Origin: a virus
Lineage: Duplodnaviria; Caudoviricetes
Reading direction: 5' to 3' (one strand)
Virus record (IMG/VR): IMGVR_UViG_3300025810_000007
Span: 1 to 57,845 of that record
Length of the DNA: 57,845 nucleotides
Shown one piece after another: positions 42,939 to 52,713 of this stretch (position 1 is its first letter; every line of letters begins with the position of its first letter). Below the pieces are notes generated by a model. That model saw nothing but the letters and a program-made list of their open reading frames with translations. It was not told where the DNA came from and searched no databases. The translations under genes were made by a program, and so were the position numbers.

Positions 42939-44302
42939 TATAATACTTCCTCTAGTCTTTGTGATGTTTGAAACATTTTACGTGCGCCATCTAATCCTTG
43001 CGATTCTTCAGATACTTCACCTCCGGATTCGAGATTCTTCATCATGTTATACATAACTTCTGCGCCTTTGTCCACATCTCCCTCACCTGCATTTCTGACA
43101 GCTTCAGCTGTAAATACAAACTCGTTCTTTGATAATCTTGCAGGCACATCATCTGCTTTTTCCATTCTACCTATTGGTACAAATCCACCTTCAGCTCTTA
43201 AATCCATTTCTTGTCCACCCATGTCTAATAGTGGCATTGTTTTTTTAGCCACTGGTTCTTTCATAGAACCACCTTCAGCTCTAAAAGGTCTAGCTAAAAA
43301 ATTGTAAGGATCAGACCTAATTCCTTGTATATCTATTCCTTCACCTAGTGCACCTCTTGATTCTAAAAATTTTCGATACTCATCTTCATCATCTTCTTCG
43401 TCTTGAAATAAAAAAGGTGCTGCTGTTAATCCTAAAGATGCAGCTAAAGCAAGTTTATCTTTATTATCTTCAGGAAGAAAACTTCCTAGACGGTCACCAA
43501 TATTAGAAAATTCAAAACCACTATCTACACCTCTTTTAAATAAATCACCAAAACTACCACCACCTAATTTAAATGTAGCAGCTGCAGCTAATGCAGCTTT
43601 ACCTACATCTGACTTACCAATTTTTTTAAGAGATCTTCCTATCTTCTTAACAAGTTTACCTAATTTGTATCCTTGTCTAGCTTGTTCAAGATCCATGATT
43701 CCACCGTCAGCAACAAAGGCTCTTGGTCCACCCATTAAATCTCTTTGTTGTAATGCTAATTGAATAGGACTTAATTCTTCTACTTTGTCTTCGACTATGT
43801 CTTGTTGATATGGTGTAAATTTTTGTGCTATCATTGTTTCTCTAAAATTATTTTCACCTTCGCCATCACCAGTATCATCATCAGTAGTAATTGATGTTTT
43901 ACCTTTTCCATAACCCATTGCTGTACTGTCCACTGCTTTATTAAAAAGAAATCTACCTACACCAAAAGGAGTAGTTGCTCCAAGTATACCTCCTATTACT
44001 TTATTACTAAATTTTGTGCTAGGAGTTATTGCTTCTAGTGCTCTCTTTCTTTGAGCTGCTATTCTATCTCTATTTTCTTGTTGTCCTTCATTAATATTGT
44101 TTTTTGTTCCAAAAGCTTTTTGAATACTTTCAAGATTAGTTGCAGCTGACACTCTATTTTCACTAGCTTGTCTATCATCTCTACCGGCCCTACCTGTTTC
44201 AGGTCCTTTTTCTTGGCCCATATCAGCACCACCACCTTGAAGTCCTATACGTCCTCCTTTTGCTAATAGTTGTTTTGCGATTTGAGTTCTAGTTATGGCC
44301 AT
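42938..44302 (-). CDS. Putative ejection protein
   Basis: Four GG motifs and a C-terminal ADDVPARLSKNEFV domain. Confidence 0.55.
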   Translation of the reverse strand: MAITRTQIAKQLLAKGGRIGLQGGGADMGQEKGPETGRAGRDDRQASENRVSAATNLESIQKAFGTKNNINEGQQENRDRIAAQRKRALEAITPSTKFSNKVIGGILGATTPFGVGRFLFNKAVDSTAMGYGKGKTSITTDDDTGDGEGENNFRETMIAQKFTPYQQDIVEDKVEELSPIQLALQQRDLMGGPRAFVADGGIMDLEQARQGYKLGKLVKKIGRSLKKIGKSDVGKAALAAAATFKLGGGSFGDLFKRGVDSGFEFSNIGDRLGSFLPEDNKDKLALAASLGLTAAPFLFQDEEDDEDEYRKFLESRGALGEGIDIQGIRSDPYNFLARPFRAEGGSMKEPVAKKTMPLLDMGGQEMDLRAEGGFVPIGRMEKADDVPARLSKNEFVFTAEAVRNAGEGDVDKGAEVMYNMMKNLESGGEVSEESQGLDGARKMFQTSQRLEEVL

Positions 44303-44308
44303 TTTACT

Positions 44309-44337
44309 ATTCTATTTTGTTTTTCCAAATAAATCAA
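44309..44337 (-). promoter_or_regulatory. sigma70 promoter for the ejection-protein genes, probably leaderless
   Basis: TTGATT-17-TAGAAT-6-ATG (44302), with no RBS. Confidence 0.6.
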
Positions 44338-44482
44338 GGCTTGGCATGACAACAGTTAGATCTCTTCTGATATCATCAGGAGATATACCTTTTGATTTCC
44401 ATTCTTCTTCATTTTTGTATACTTCACCTGTTTTTTTATTACTTATTTTTTCTATTATTTTATCTGGATATATTTCCTTCAT
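44312..44482 (-). CDS. Small hypothetical protein (56 aa, absent from ORF track)
   Basis: Hand translation MKEIYPDKIIEKISNKKTGEVY...MPSLDLFGKTK*; GAGG RBS and TAATG coupling. Confidence 0.7.
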   Translation of the reverse strand: MKEIYPDKIIEKISNKKTGEVYKNEEEWKSKGISPDDIRRDLTVVMPSLDLFGKTK

Positions 44483-44811
44483 TATGTTGTTACCTCTTTT
44501 TTAATGTTTAAATAGCTAATTGCTACGTCAAATGAATCTGTAGTGCTTGATAATACTGTAAAACTATCTCCTCCCTGCACTATTAAAGGTTGAGATAGCA
44601 ATTCTGTTGTAACATTTGCTGTCAAAGCTGCTGATTTTATAGCTGTAATACTGTTATTAGTAATGGTCACTGTTGGTGTGCCTGCAGATGTCACTAATAT
44701 AGATTTGATAACATATGTTTCACTAACAAGAGGATTGCCTGATCCAAATGGAGTTAAAGCCGCTCCTGATGTGCTGTTATCTATACCTACAAATTTATAT
44801 TGATTAGCCAT
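44482..44811 (-). CDS. Putative tail-associated structural protein
   Basis: 109 aa, T/S-rich beta pattern. Confidence 0.6.
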   Translation of the reverse strand: MANQYKFVGIDNSTSGAALTPFGSGNPLVSETYVIKSILVTSAGTPTVTITNNSITAIKSAALTANVTTELLSQPLIVQGGDSFTVLSSTTDSFDVAISYLNIKKEVTT

Positions 44812-44975
44812 TAGTTTACAAAAAAGTTAAACGCTTCAATTTCATCTTTTAATTCTTCTTGAAACGTTGAGTTTAATTTTTCTACAATTGCATCGAGATC
44901 TCTTACTTGAGATTCTGCAATTTCTACATCATAATCCTTACCAGCTCTTGTTAATACTATTCCTATTTTTGCCAT
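44811..44975 (-). CDS. Small hypothetical protein (54 aa, absent from ORF track)
   Basis: Hand translation MAKIGIVLTRAGKDYD...IEAFNFFVN*; TAATG coupled at both ends. Confidence 0.7.
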   Translation of the reverse strand: MAKIGIVLTRAGKDYDVEIAESQVRDLDAIVEKLNSTFQEELKDEIEAFNFFVN

Positions 44976-47161
44976 TATCTACGTCCATCTGGTTGTACAT
45001 CTAATCTAAAAGTTCCTAATTTCCAACTTTGACTAGCTCCTGTATTTTCTATTTTTAATGAAATAGCTCTAGCTCTAGCTCTTGTATCTACTTTAGTAGT
45101 GGCTGATGTAATATCAAATGGCCCAAGAGATGAGCTAGCCTGTGAACTATTTGGATAATTTTTTAATTGTAAAGTAACTCTAGTAGATCCTGTTTGAGAT
45201 AAAAAATCTGGTACAAATCTTTTTATTCTCATTAAAAATTCACCATCTCCTTTAAATGTTGCAACACCTGTTTGTGTTCCTTGAGCCGATCTTTGCTGTG
45301 TAATGTCATAATCTCCAGAAGAAATATTAGATGTAATCGCTGTTATAGTTCCATTTTTGTTTTGATCAGTTCCTGTTTCGTGTTCATAATATGTTGTTCG
45401 TCCTTCAGTGTTGCCTATTACATCAAACGATGTATCTGTTTCTGCATCATATTCTAAAGCATGTGGTAAACCAAATACAGCGGAATCTCTCCACATTGTT
45501 CTTGCTAGTGTGCCTACTGTCCAAACAGGTCTTTGTGGTGATGAGTCAAAGTAATTATATGCAACCATTTTGTTTACAACTGATGATGTTGATGATGGAT
45601 AAAACCACATCACTTCACCAAATAAATTATTTAATCCTGCGGATACCATCTGATTACCAGAGTCTAAATTTATATCATCGTAAACATGATCCTCTACTAA
45701 ACAAGGTAATGATTCCAATTTACCAGCGTATCTAAAAAAACCATTTTCTGACATCCAGTATGCAGCACCATCAACTTCTACACATGCATTTTGTCCAACG
45801 AGTCCACAGTTAGTTCCAACCTGTGCAAACGCAAAGGTAAATGGTTGTCCAACAAAACGTTGAGTGAACAATGCGGTATCGGTCCAAACATAAATTGCAT
45901 CTCTACCTCTAATTGCTCCTCTGATCTGTGATCCGTCGGCCAATCTCTGTGTGCCAGCTGTATTGGTTGCTGTAGGTATGTAAGTATTAATATCTTCTTG
46001 ATCCGAAAATCTTATAAACATATCATCTTGTGTAGATGTGTCTCCAATAGTTGTTTCAGTTCCATAAAATACCAAGTGACGATCTGGTGTAGATACAACC
46101 ATGTGACGTGATGCAGTTGGTGCACCAGATATTATTGTAGCTCTTGTTGACGTTGCATTTGATAGAGAAGAATCCCACTCAAAACACGCACCATCGTGAA
46201 TTAAACAAATGGCTTTGTCACCAAAATTATCTATAGACCACATACCAGGCTCTAATACTAAATCTCCAGATGCCGCTTCACCCCATGCAACATAATTAGT
46301 TGAAAAAGTTATAGTTGCACCATCACTATGAGATGCAGCTGTTGTCCCTGCTACTCCTCTAGTTACACCTGTTAAAGTATTACTACTAATTCCAGTGTAA
46401 GATATTTCTTCACTTCCTATGATTGCAAAGTTTGTACCAGAAGATAAAAACTGTGATGCGTCTGCCACAGTTATACTTGTTACAGAATCATTGATACCAC
46501 CGTCTAAAGTTGTAGAAACTGCAGAAGTGTCTTCTCCACTCCATGATCCTAAACCCCATCCAAAACCTTTTGCTTGTACAGCAGGTCCAACAGTATAATA
46601 TTTCTGTATTGTTATTCCTCCAGAAGTAGTTGCTCCTGAACCAGATTCATTGGACGTCATAGTTATTGTTGCTGTAGTATTGGTTGGTGTGCTTGAAACC
46701 ATAAATTTTTTATCATCAAAATCTGATGCACTATAATTTGAATTTGTAATTGTTGAAAAACTACTCATTAAAAGTATATCACCAGGAACTAAATTATGGG
46801 CTGATGAATATGTTATTGTGACAGTAGGTGATCCGTTAGTTGTGCTAAAAGCATTTGTAAGAGTAGTTGTAGATTGTATAGGGTGTATGTCATAAAATAC
46901 ACCACCAGAAAAAGCGTACAGTATTCTATTAGTTCCTATAATAGCATATTTTCTAGATAAACTATTTACAAAATGATGTAGACCTCTGCCAGCTCCTGTA
47001 AGTTCATTTTCGTTTTCTGTTCCTAACTGATTCCAACCACCTATTTTTTCAGGAATACCATAACGAAATCTAACATTATCACAATCTGTCCACTGACCTT
47101 CGGCCGTAGTTTCAGATATTTGTTTATTTATACCAGGTTGAAATCCAATTTTTTGAAGCAT
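44975..47161 (-). CDS. Tail nozzle/stabilisation protein (P22 gp10 / T7 gp12-like)
   Basis: 728 aa, beta-propeller-like (IRFSDQE, YWMSENGF, EVMWFYP) with inserted S/T-rich domains; podovirus tail position. Confidence 0.65.
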   Translation of the reverse strand: MLQKIGFQPGINKQISETTAEGQWTDCDNVRFRYGIPEKIGGWNQLGTENENELTGAGRGLHHFVNSLSRKYAIIGTNRILYAFSGGVFYDIHPIQSTTTLTNAFSTTNGSPTVTITYSSAHNLVPGDILLMSSFSTITNSNYSASDFDDKKFMVSSTPTNTTATITMTSNESGSGATTSGGITIQKYYTVGPAVQAKGFGWGLGSWSGEDTSAVSTTLDGGINDSVTSITVADASQFLSSGTNFAIIGSEEISYTGISSNTLTGVTRGVAGTTAASHSDGATITFSTNYVAWGEAASGDLVLEPGMWSIDNFGDKAICLIHDGACFEWDSSLSNATSTRATIISGAPTASRHMVVSTPDRHLVFYGTETTIGDTSTQDDMFIRFSDQEDINTYIPTATNTAGTQRLADGSQIRGAIRGRDAIYVWTDTALFTQRFVGQPFTFAFAQVGTNCGLVGQNACVEVDGAAYWMSENGFFRYAGKLESLPCLVEDHVYDDINLDSGNQMVSAGLNNLFGEVMWFYPSSTSSVVNKMVAYNYFDSSPQRPVWTVGTLARTMWRDSAVFGLPHALEYDAETDTSFDVIGNTEGRTTYYEHETGTDQNKNGTITAITSNISSGDYDITQQRSAQGTQTGVATFKGDGEFLMRIKRFVPDFLSQTGSTRVTLQLKNYPNSSQASSSLGPFDITSATTKVDTRARARAISLKIENTGASQSWKLGTFRLDVQPDGRR

Positions 47162-47195
47162 AGCTTATTAATTATATAGGATTTTTGTTGTTTTA

Positions 47196-47768
47196 CTACC
47201 TAAAATTTTTACCTGTGATCCAGCCAACAAGAGAGTTTCTCTCTCCTTTTGAGACTTTGGTCACTTCGTGTAAAGTATAACTAGGAAAACAAAACAAACT
47301 TCCTTTGGTTTTATCTAACACAGTTCCTTTTGAACCATCGAATAAAACCAAGTTTCCTCCTTTGTAGTCTTTAGAATCAGATAATTGTACACTAAAAGAT
47401 AGTTTTCTAATTACTTTTTCATATCTTTTATCAACATGTTTTTTGTATTTACCATGTGGTGCTTTATAATGTGTAAATTGCAAGTTGTCACTAAATCCAG
47501 ATATATCAAAATTAAACCATTTATTATTTACATCTAGAATACATTTACTTAATTTATTAAAAATCCAACCTGTGGTTTTTGTATTATATGATATCCATTT
47601 TACTTTACTATCTCTATAAGATTTTACTGTTTCTAATTCTTTTACAAGACCGTTTTGAAGTTTTTCTTTCATACACATATTTACAATTTCATCACATTCA
47701 TTTTCTGTAAAAAGTCTATCAACGTTTACATAAAAAGGCACTGTGTCTTTTTCAAAAGAAATACTCAT
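47196..47768 (-). CDS. 2OG-Fe(II) oxygenase (PKHD-like)
   Basis: LQFTHY, HVD, RKLS, YKGG, FPSYTLHEV, GERNSLVGW. Confidence 0.88.
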   Translation of the reverse strand: MSISFEKDTVPFYVNVDRLFTENECDEIVNMCMKEKLQNGLVKELETVKSYRDSKVKWISYNTKTTGWIFNKLSKCILDVNNKWFNFDISGFSDNLQFTHYKAPHGKYKKHVDKRYEKVIRKLSFSVQLSDSKDYKGGNLVLFDGSKGTVLDKTKGSLFCFPSYTLHEVTKVSKGERNSLVGWITGKNFR

Positions 47769-48355
47769 CTGTTTTCTTTTATTTTAAAATTATATGCAAA
47801 AGATATTCTAGTATCTTTAGATTTGTTTTGTTTTACTTGATGAAACATATTAGATTTAAATATTACAAGTAAACCTTCTTTTGGAGGAACTTCAAAAGTC
47901 TTCCAAGTATAAGGATTATCTTGATTAAAAATATTTTTACCTACTGGCTCATGACTATTAAAAACTAAATTTCCAGAACCTTTAGGACTTTTTAAAAAAT
48001 AAACTGCTGATATATCATCATGATCAGGTAAATGATTATGCATTTCTTGATAATCATATTGTTTATAAAAATTAAACCAACTAGAGGATACTGAAATATT
48101 ACAATTTAAAAAACCAATAGCTGCTATATAATTATAAACTTGAGCAAAAATCCAAGAATTTAAGTTATCAAACTCTTTATCCATATGGATAGGATAAGTC
48201 CCTGATGTATTATAAACACCACTTGACCAATTTAAACCACCCATTCCGATATTTGATTTAATTTTTTTACAATGTTTAATTAAATGTTTTTCTTTATGGT
48301 GATTTTTGTTTTCTTCAAAACCAATTACTGTTGGAAATAATTCCCTTAAATTCAT
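47765..48355 (-). CDS. 2OG-Fe(II) oxygenase (TIGR02466-like)
   Basis: LFPT, SWFN, HNH, SAVYF, HQV, RISFAYN. Confidence 0.85.
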   Translation of the reverse strand: MNLRELFPTVIGFEENKNHHKEKHLIKHCKKIKSNIGMGGLNWSSGVYNTSGTYPIHMDKEFDNLNSWIFAQVYNYIAAIGFLNCNISVSSSWFNFYKQYDYQEMHNHLPDHDDISAVYFLKSPKGSGNLVFNSHEPVGKNIFNQDNPYTWKTFEVPPKEGLLVIFKSNMFHQVKQNKSKDTRISFAYNFKIKENR

Positions 48356-48374
48356 ATATCTTTCTTAAATTATT

Positions 48375-48686
48375 TTATTCCTCCCAAGCTCCTGTATCTT
48401 CATTCCATTTATAATATTTTCCATCATCTGGCATTGCTATTGGCGGGTCCCAATCACAAGTTGTTTCATTAAGTGTCCAACTTGGAAAAGGTTTTTCTGG
48501 TATAAAAGCATCTCTTACAGAGTCATACTCCATACCTATACCAGCATAATTTTTTCTTTGACTTCCATCTTTAAAAGTTTCAACAAATGATCCTCCAAAT
48601 GCCGGATGAGAATCTATAAAATCCTGTTCCGCCACTATGACGTTTCTTACAATTCCACCTTCTACTTTTGCCCAATATCTAGTCAT
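48375..48686 (-). CDS. Tail-fibre-associated protein (possible chaperone)
   Basis: RKNYAGIG...RDAFI...PFPSW...W motif, directly after the Gly-rich fibre gene. Confidence 0.55.
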   Translation of the reverse strand: MTRYWAKVEGGIVRNVIVAEQDFIDSHPAFGGSFVETFKDGSQRKNYAGIGMEYDSVRDAFIPEKPFPSWTLNETTCDWDPPIAMPDDGKYYKWNEDTGAWEE

Positions 48687-48687
48687 A

Positions 48688-49593
48688 TTAATTTACCGAA
48701 AACGTTCCTGATGATGTAAACGTATGAAACGTAAAACCACCTGAACTTGTTATAGTTCCTCCTGATCCTTGAGTTCCCCCTGCATAACGAACTATTACTA
48801 CTCCAGATCCTCCAGTTCTTCCATTTCCACCACCTTCTCCAGATCCTCCACCGCCTCCACCGAGACCGTCAGTACCATTTTGCATTCCACTATTTTGAAA
48901 TTGTCCATTACCTCCGCCGCCAGTTCCACCTTGCGCACGTGTATTACCACCAGAACGAGAAGATCCACCTCCGCCTCCAGCGTATGTTACTCCATCTACC
49001 CAAGCGCTACCATCACCGCCTGGTCCACCATTTTCACCACTATTATTTGAACCTGATTGATTTGCTCCACCACCGCCTCCGGCAGCTTCTCCTCCAGGGT
49101 TTCCACCTCCGTTATTTCCTTCGGATGGAGAATAACCTCCTTGGTTACCAGATCCTCCAGATCCTCCGCCTTGGCCTCCGCCTCCGCCAGATCCTCCAGC
49201 TCCTCCAGATCTACCAGAATAACCTCCACCTTGGCCACCTCCAGTTGATGTATAAGTTGTTCCTCCAACTACTATACTACTATTTCCACCTTTAGAACCA
49301 TTAGAGTTTCCTCCACTTCCACCGCTACCTACGGTGACAGCTCCTGAAGATCCTCTTTCGACTTCTGTGCTTGAAAATTGACGAAAGCCTCCGCCTCCAC
49401 CCCCGCCACCTTGGCCTGGGTTTCCGGAAGCACCACCTCCGCCACCACCAACTACAAGATAATCAATTATTAAAGGTCCTAAAGCTCCTCCAGATCCAAA
49501 TCCTAAAACTTGATATCCAAAGTTTTTACCTTTTCTATTTTGTATAGTTTTTGTGTTCTTACTAGCTGTAAGTTTAGGGTCTATTCTTTTCAT
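48688..49593 (-). CDS. Glycine-rich tail fibre / receptor-binding protein
   Basis: YLVVGGGGGG...GGSGVVIVRY...HTFTSSGTF Gly-rich domain. Confidence 0.75.
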   Translation of the reverse strand: MKRIDPKLTASKNTKTIQNRKGKNFGYQVLGFGSGGALGPLIIDYLVVGGGGGGASGNPGQGGGGGGGGFRQFSSTEVERGSSGAVTVGSGGSGGNSNGSKGGNSSIVVGGTTYTSTGGGQGGGYSGRSGGAGGSGGGGGQGGGSGGSGNQGGYSPSEGNNGGGNPGGEAAGGGGGANQSGSNNSGENGGPGGDGSAWVDGVTYAGGGGGSSRSGGNTRAQGGTGGGGNGQFQNSGMQNGTDGLGGGGGGSGEGGGNGRTGGSGVVIVRYAGGTQGSGGTITSSGGFTFHTFTSSGTFSVN

Positions 49594-49605
49594 ACTCTAT
49601 TCCTA

Positions 49606-51030
49606 TTATGCGTCGTTAGCAGCGTCAGTAGTAAAGAATAATTTAATACCTAATAGTTTTGCATCTGCTGTTAAACTATCTGCTGACACATCTCTTGAAA
49701 TTTGAAAAAATACTTCATCTCCTGCTGCAGGTGATCCTGCAATAGTCACTGCTCCACTTTCAGCAGCTACTGCTAAATCGTTTGCTGTTCCACTCATAGC
49801 TTTTGCAGTTGCAACAACTTGTGTTCCAAAAGCTGTGTTGCAAGAATCATCATCAGAAATAGCTACACCAGATAAACCCCATGCTGTTGTTCCTGTGTTT
49901 GTAGTATCTGCTGTAAAGAAAGCTTGAAAAGTTACTGTACCTTCATTCCATGATTTAGGAAATGCTACAGCAAACTGTGCAAACTCGTCTGCATCTTTGT
50001 CAAAATCTAAAGTTTTAATTTCTGGACCATTTGCTAACTCAACTTGTGCTAAATCTGCACAACCATTTGTAGAGTTAGGGTACATAGCAACTGCTGGAAC
50101 CCAAATAGTTTCCTTACCTGCTACTTTTACTGCTGAACCACCAGCTTGAACAACACCAGTTCCATTTGGTGCAATGTTAATATTTCCATCTGCTCCATCA
50201 GTAATTGTAATTGATCCTGAACTAGTTCCACTGTTTGTATTTAAAACTAGGTCAGTTGCTCCACCTGTTGTTACTGTAAGTGTACCTGCTCCATTTGAAG
50301 TTAAAGTAGCTGCTGCACCACTGTCTCCAACTTTTACAGTGTCACCTGCAAGAACAACATCTCCAGTTCCTTTTGGAGTTATGTTAATATCTATATTTGA
50401 ATCATCACCTGTAGATGAAAGAGTTGGTCCCGCACCTGTTGCAGCGTTAGCAACTGTAAATTCATTTACTGCAGAACTTGTAGCTGTAAGTAAAGCTAAT
50501 TCATTTCCGTTAGTATCTAAAATAGATGTACCAATTTTTGGTGAAGTTAAAGTTTTATTAGTTAAAGTTTCAGTTCCAGTAAGTGTTACATCACCAGCTG
50601 GTAAAGTATCTATATCTGGATTAGTTCCATCATTTCCAGTTGCAAATACAAGAGCATCGCCTTTGTTTCCTGCTGCAAAAGTAAAACTATCTCCTGATCC
50701 AGAAGCATATTTAAATTGTACAGTGTGTGATCCAGATGTTGAATTTCTTAAAAAATAAAAAGTTTGTACATCTAGTGGAATTGTTACGATCTGATTTCCT
50801 GAAATAGTTCCTGTAAACTCAATCATTCTGTGAGATAAAGTTGCTCCAGTTGATCCGTCAGAAACTGATAAAGCTGTAGTTTGTGCACCACCAGCTATTG
50901 ATTGTGTTGTATAGCCACCTGAAATTTGTTCGATAATTTGTAAATTCGTATTAGTTTTTGTTCCCCATGTACCGGCGTTTTCACCAGTTGCCTGAAGTTC
51001 TATCCCTAGGGGTGTATAAGTTGATGCCAT
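49606..51030 (-). CDS. Tail fibre protein
   Basis: GENAGTWG N-terminus, TETLTNKTLTSP, repeated INITPKGTG/INIAPNGTG. Confidence 0.75.
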   Translation of the reverse strand: MASTYTPLGIELQATGENAGTWGTKTNTNLQIIEQISGGYTTQSIAGGAQTTALSVSDGSTGATLSHRMIEFTGTISGNQIVTIPLDVQTFYFLRNSTSGSHTVQFKYASGSGDSFTFAAGNKGDALVFATGNDGTNPDIDTLPAGDVTLTGTETLTNKTLTSPKIGTSILDTNGNELALLTATSSAVNEFTVANAATGAGPTLSSTGDDSNIDINITPKGTGDVVLAGDTVKVGDSGAAATLTSNGAGTLTVTTGGATDLVLNTNSGTSSGSITITDGADGNINIAPNGTGVVQAGGSAVKVAGKETIWVPAVAMYPNSTNGCADLAQVELANGPEIKTLDFDKDADEFAQFAVAFPKSWNEGTVTFQAFFTADTTNTGTTAWGLSGVAISDDDSCNTAFGTQVVATAKAMSGTANDLAVAAESGAVTIAGSPAAGDEVFFQISRDVSADSLTADAKLLGIKLFFTTDAANDA

Positions 51031-51046
51031 ATTTTTTCTCCTAAAC

Positions 51047-52249
51047 TTATGCTGCTACGTCTGTATACGATGTATTTGAACCTGTGTCAATAGCTTGATA
51101 TGCTTGAATACCAAAACCTGAAGAAGTTCCAAATTCAGCAACAGAAGCAGTAGCTGATTGTCCTGTTAATCCCATGACATCTGAAGGTGATAAAGAACCA
51201 ACAGAAGAAGTCATGGATACTCCTGTTAATCCCATTACATCTGCTGGTGCTAATGCTCCGACAGAAACAGTTGCAGAAACTCCTGTTGGTACAACAATAG
51301 GGTTTGATGAAACAGTTGCATCACCAAGACTTACTGTTGCAGATACTCCTGTTAATCCCATTACATCTGCTGGAGTTAACGCTCCGACAGAAACAGTTGC
51401 AGAAACTCCTGTTAGTCCCATTACATCTGCTGCAGATAATGTTCCTACTGCAGAAGTTGCAGAAACTCCAGTTAGCGTTTGTGTTATATCTCCAATAATG
51501 TCAGGAGCTCCAACACTTGCTGTCGCAGATACTCCGGTTAATCCTATTATGTCTCCAACTGTTGGTGAACCAACACTTGCAGTTGCTTGTTGACCATCAA
51601 GTAATATAGTTCCCTGAATACCCCAAGCGTTAGCATTCCAAGCTTGTCTTCCCCAACCTGAATTTATTTCCGCTGATACGGTTACAGAACCAACTGCAGA
51701 AGTTGCAGAGACTCCACTCATATCTACAACTACAGTTAAAGCACTCTCTCCCCAGTTTTCAAAACCCCAAGTATCAGATCCCCATCCTTGTTCAGGAAAA
51801 ACATCTGGTGCTCCAACACTTGCTGTCGCAGATACTCCGGTTAAAGAAGCTAAAGCTACACCAGACTGCCATGAGTTTGCATTCCAAGTATTATTACCCC
51901 ATGTACTTGTGCCTATAAAAACAGAACCGCCCATTAAAGAGTGATTTGAACAATAATAATATAAATTATCAGGAGCGTCAGAAGCTACTTCAATTTGAGT
52001 ATAAGCTCCTGCACTTCCAGGTGTTCCATTAGTTGTAACTCCCGTAGTATATTCGCTTCCTCCAGAATGAGTTCCGTTGAATGTAGTTGAAAGTCTTAAA
52101 GGATGAGATGAGTTTGAAGAATCAGATTGATCAAATTTATATGTTCCAGTTTTTGAAAAGAAAAGAGTGTCTTGTCTTACACCATCAATAAAATATTTAT
52201 TACCATCATCTGTACTTACTACGGTAACTGTAAATGTCGTAGTAGACAT
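51047..52249 (-). CDS. Tail-associated protein with cupredoxin-like N-terminal domain and LTGVSAT repeats
   Basis: SHPL...LYYYCSNHSLMG, WG repeats, ~19-aa DVMGLTGVSATxSVG repeats. Confidence 0.65.
   Translation of the reverse strand: MSTTTFTVTVVSTDDGNKYFIDGVRQDTLFFSKTGTYKFDQSDSSNSSHPLRLSTTFNGTHSGGSEYTTGVTTNGTPGSAGAYTQIEVASDAPDNLYYYCSNHSLMGGSVFIGTSTWGNNTWNANSWQSGVALASLTGVSATASVGAPDVFPEQGWGSDTWGFENWGESALTVVVDMSGVSATSAVGSVTVSAEINSGWGRQAWNANAWGIQGTILLDGQQATASVGSPTVGDIIGLTGVSATASVGAPDIIGDITQTLTGVSATSAVGTLSAADVMGLTGVSATVSVGALTPADVMGLTGVSATVSLGDATVSSNPIVVPTGVSATVSVGALAPADVMGLTGVSMTSSVGSLSPSDVMGLTGQSATASVAEFGTSSGFGIQAYQAIDTGSNTSYTDVAA
51160..51844. repeat. Intragenic coding repeats
   Basis: Exact 35-bp duplicate at 51507-51541/51810-51844 and 33-bp duplicate at 51255-51287/51381-51413. 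Confidence 0.85.
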
Positions 52250-52262
52250 AAGAGTTTACCTC

Positions 52263-52703
52263 CTATGCTATTCTTATGATTGCGTTAGTTGCGTCTGCTG
52301 TTGGGAATTGAATTGTGAAAGTTCCACTTGTTACAGTTTTATCAGAACCAAATGCAATTACTGCACATGCTGGATCACCTGAAGCAGAGTCATTGTAAAT
52401 TAAAGCACCATTAGCTGTGAATGTAGCATCTGTATAACTAACATCTGCAAAATCACAAACTGCTGTTGTGCTTGATGCTACAGGAGTAACACTTGTAAGA
52501 GTTGCTCCAGCTGCTGTGTAAGCAGTTCCAGATGTATTTGAAATTTCGTTTGTTGCGCTGTAAGCTGTTGTAGAAGCTCCTAAAGTTGCAGAACTTGTAT
52601 ATAAAGCTATTTTGAATGTGTTTCCTGTTGTAGCTGTAAAATTGTGAACTCCTTTTAAAAGTTCAACTTTAAAACTTGTACATACTGCCGATGTTATTGC
52701 CAT
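52263..52703 (-). CDS. Virion structural (tail) protein
   Basis: 146 aa, FKIALYT...GALIYN...FTIQFP, AGGAG RBS. Confidence 0.65.
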   Translation of the reverse strand: MAITSAVCTSFKVELLKGVHNFTATTGNTFKIALYTSSATLGASTTAYSATNEISNTSGTAYTAAGATLTSVTPVASSTTAVCDFADVSYTDATFTANGALIYNDSASGDPACAVIAFGSDKTVTSGTFTIQFPTADATNAIIRIA

Positions 52704-52713
52704 AATTTTTCTC

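Noticed and set aside
48688-49593. GGN-rich low-complexity DNA as a non-coding repeat
   Set aside because: Fully explained by glycine codons of the fibre protein.
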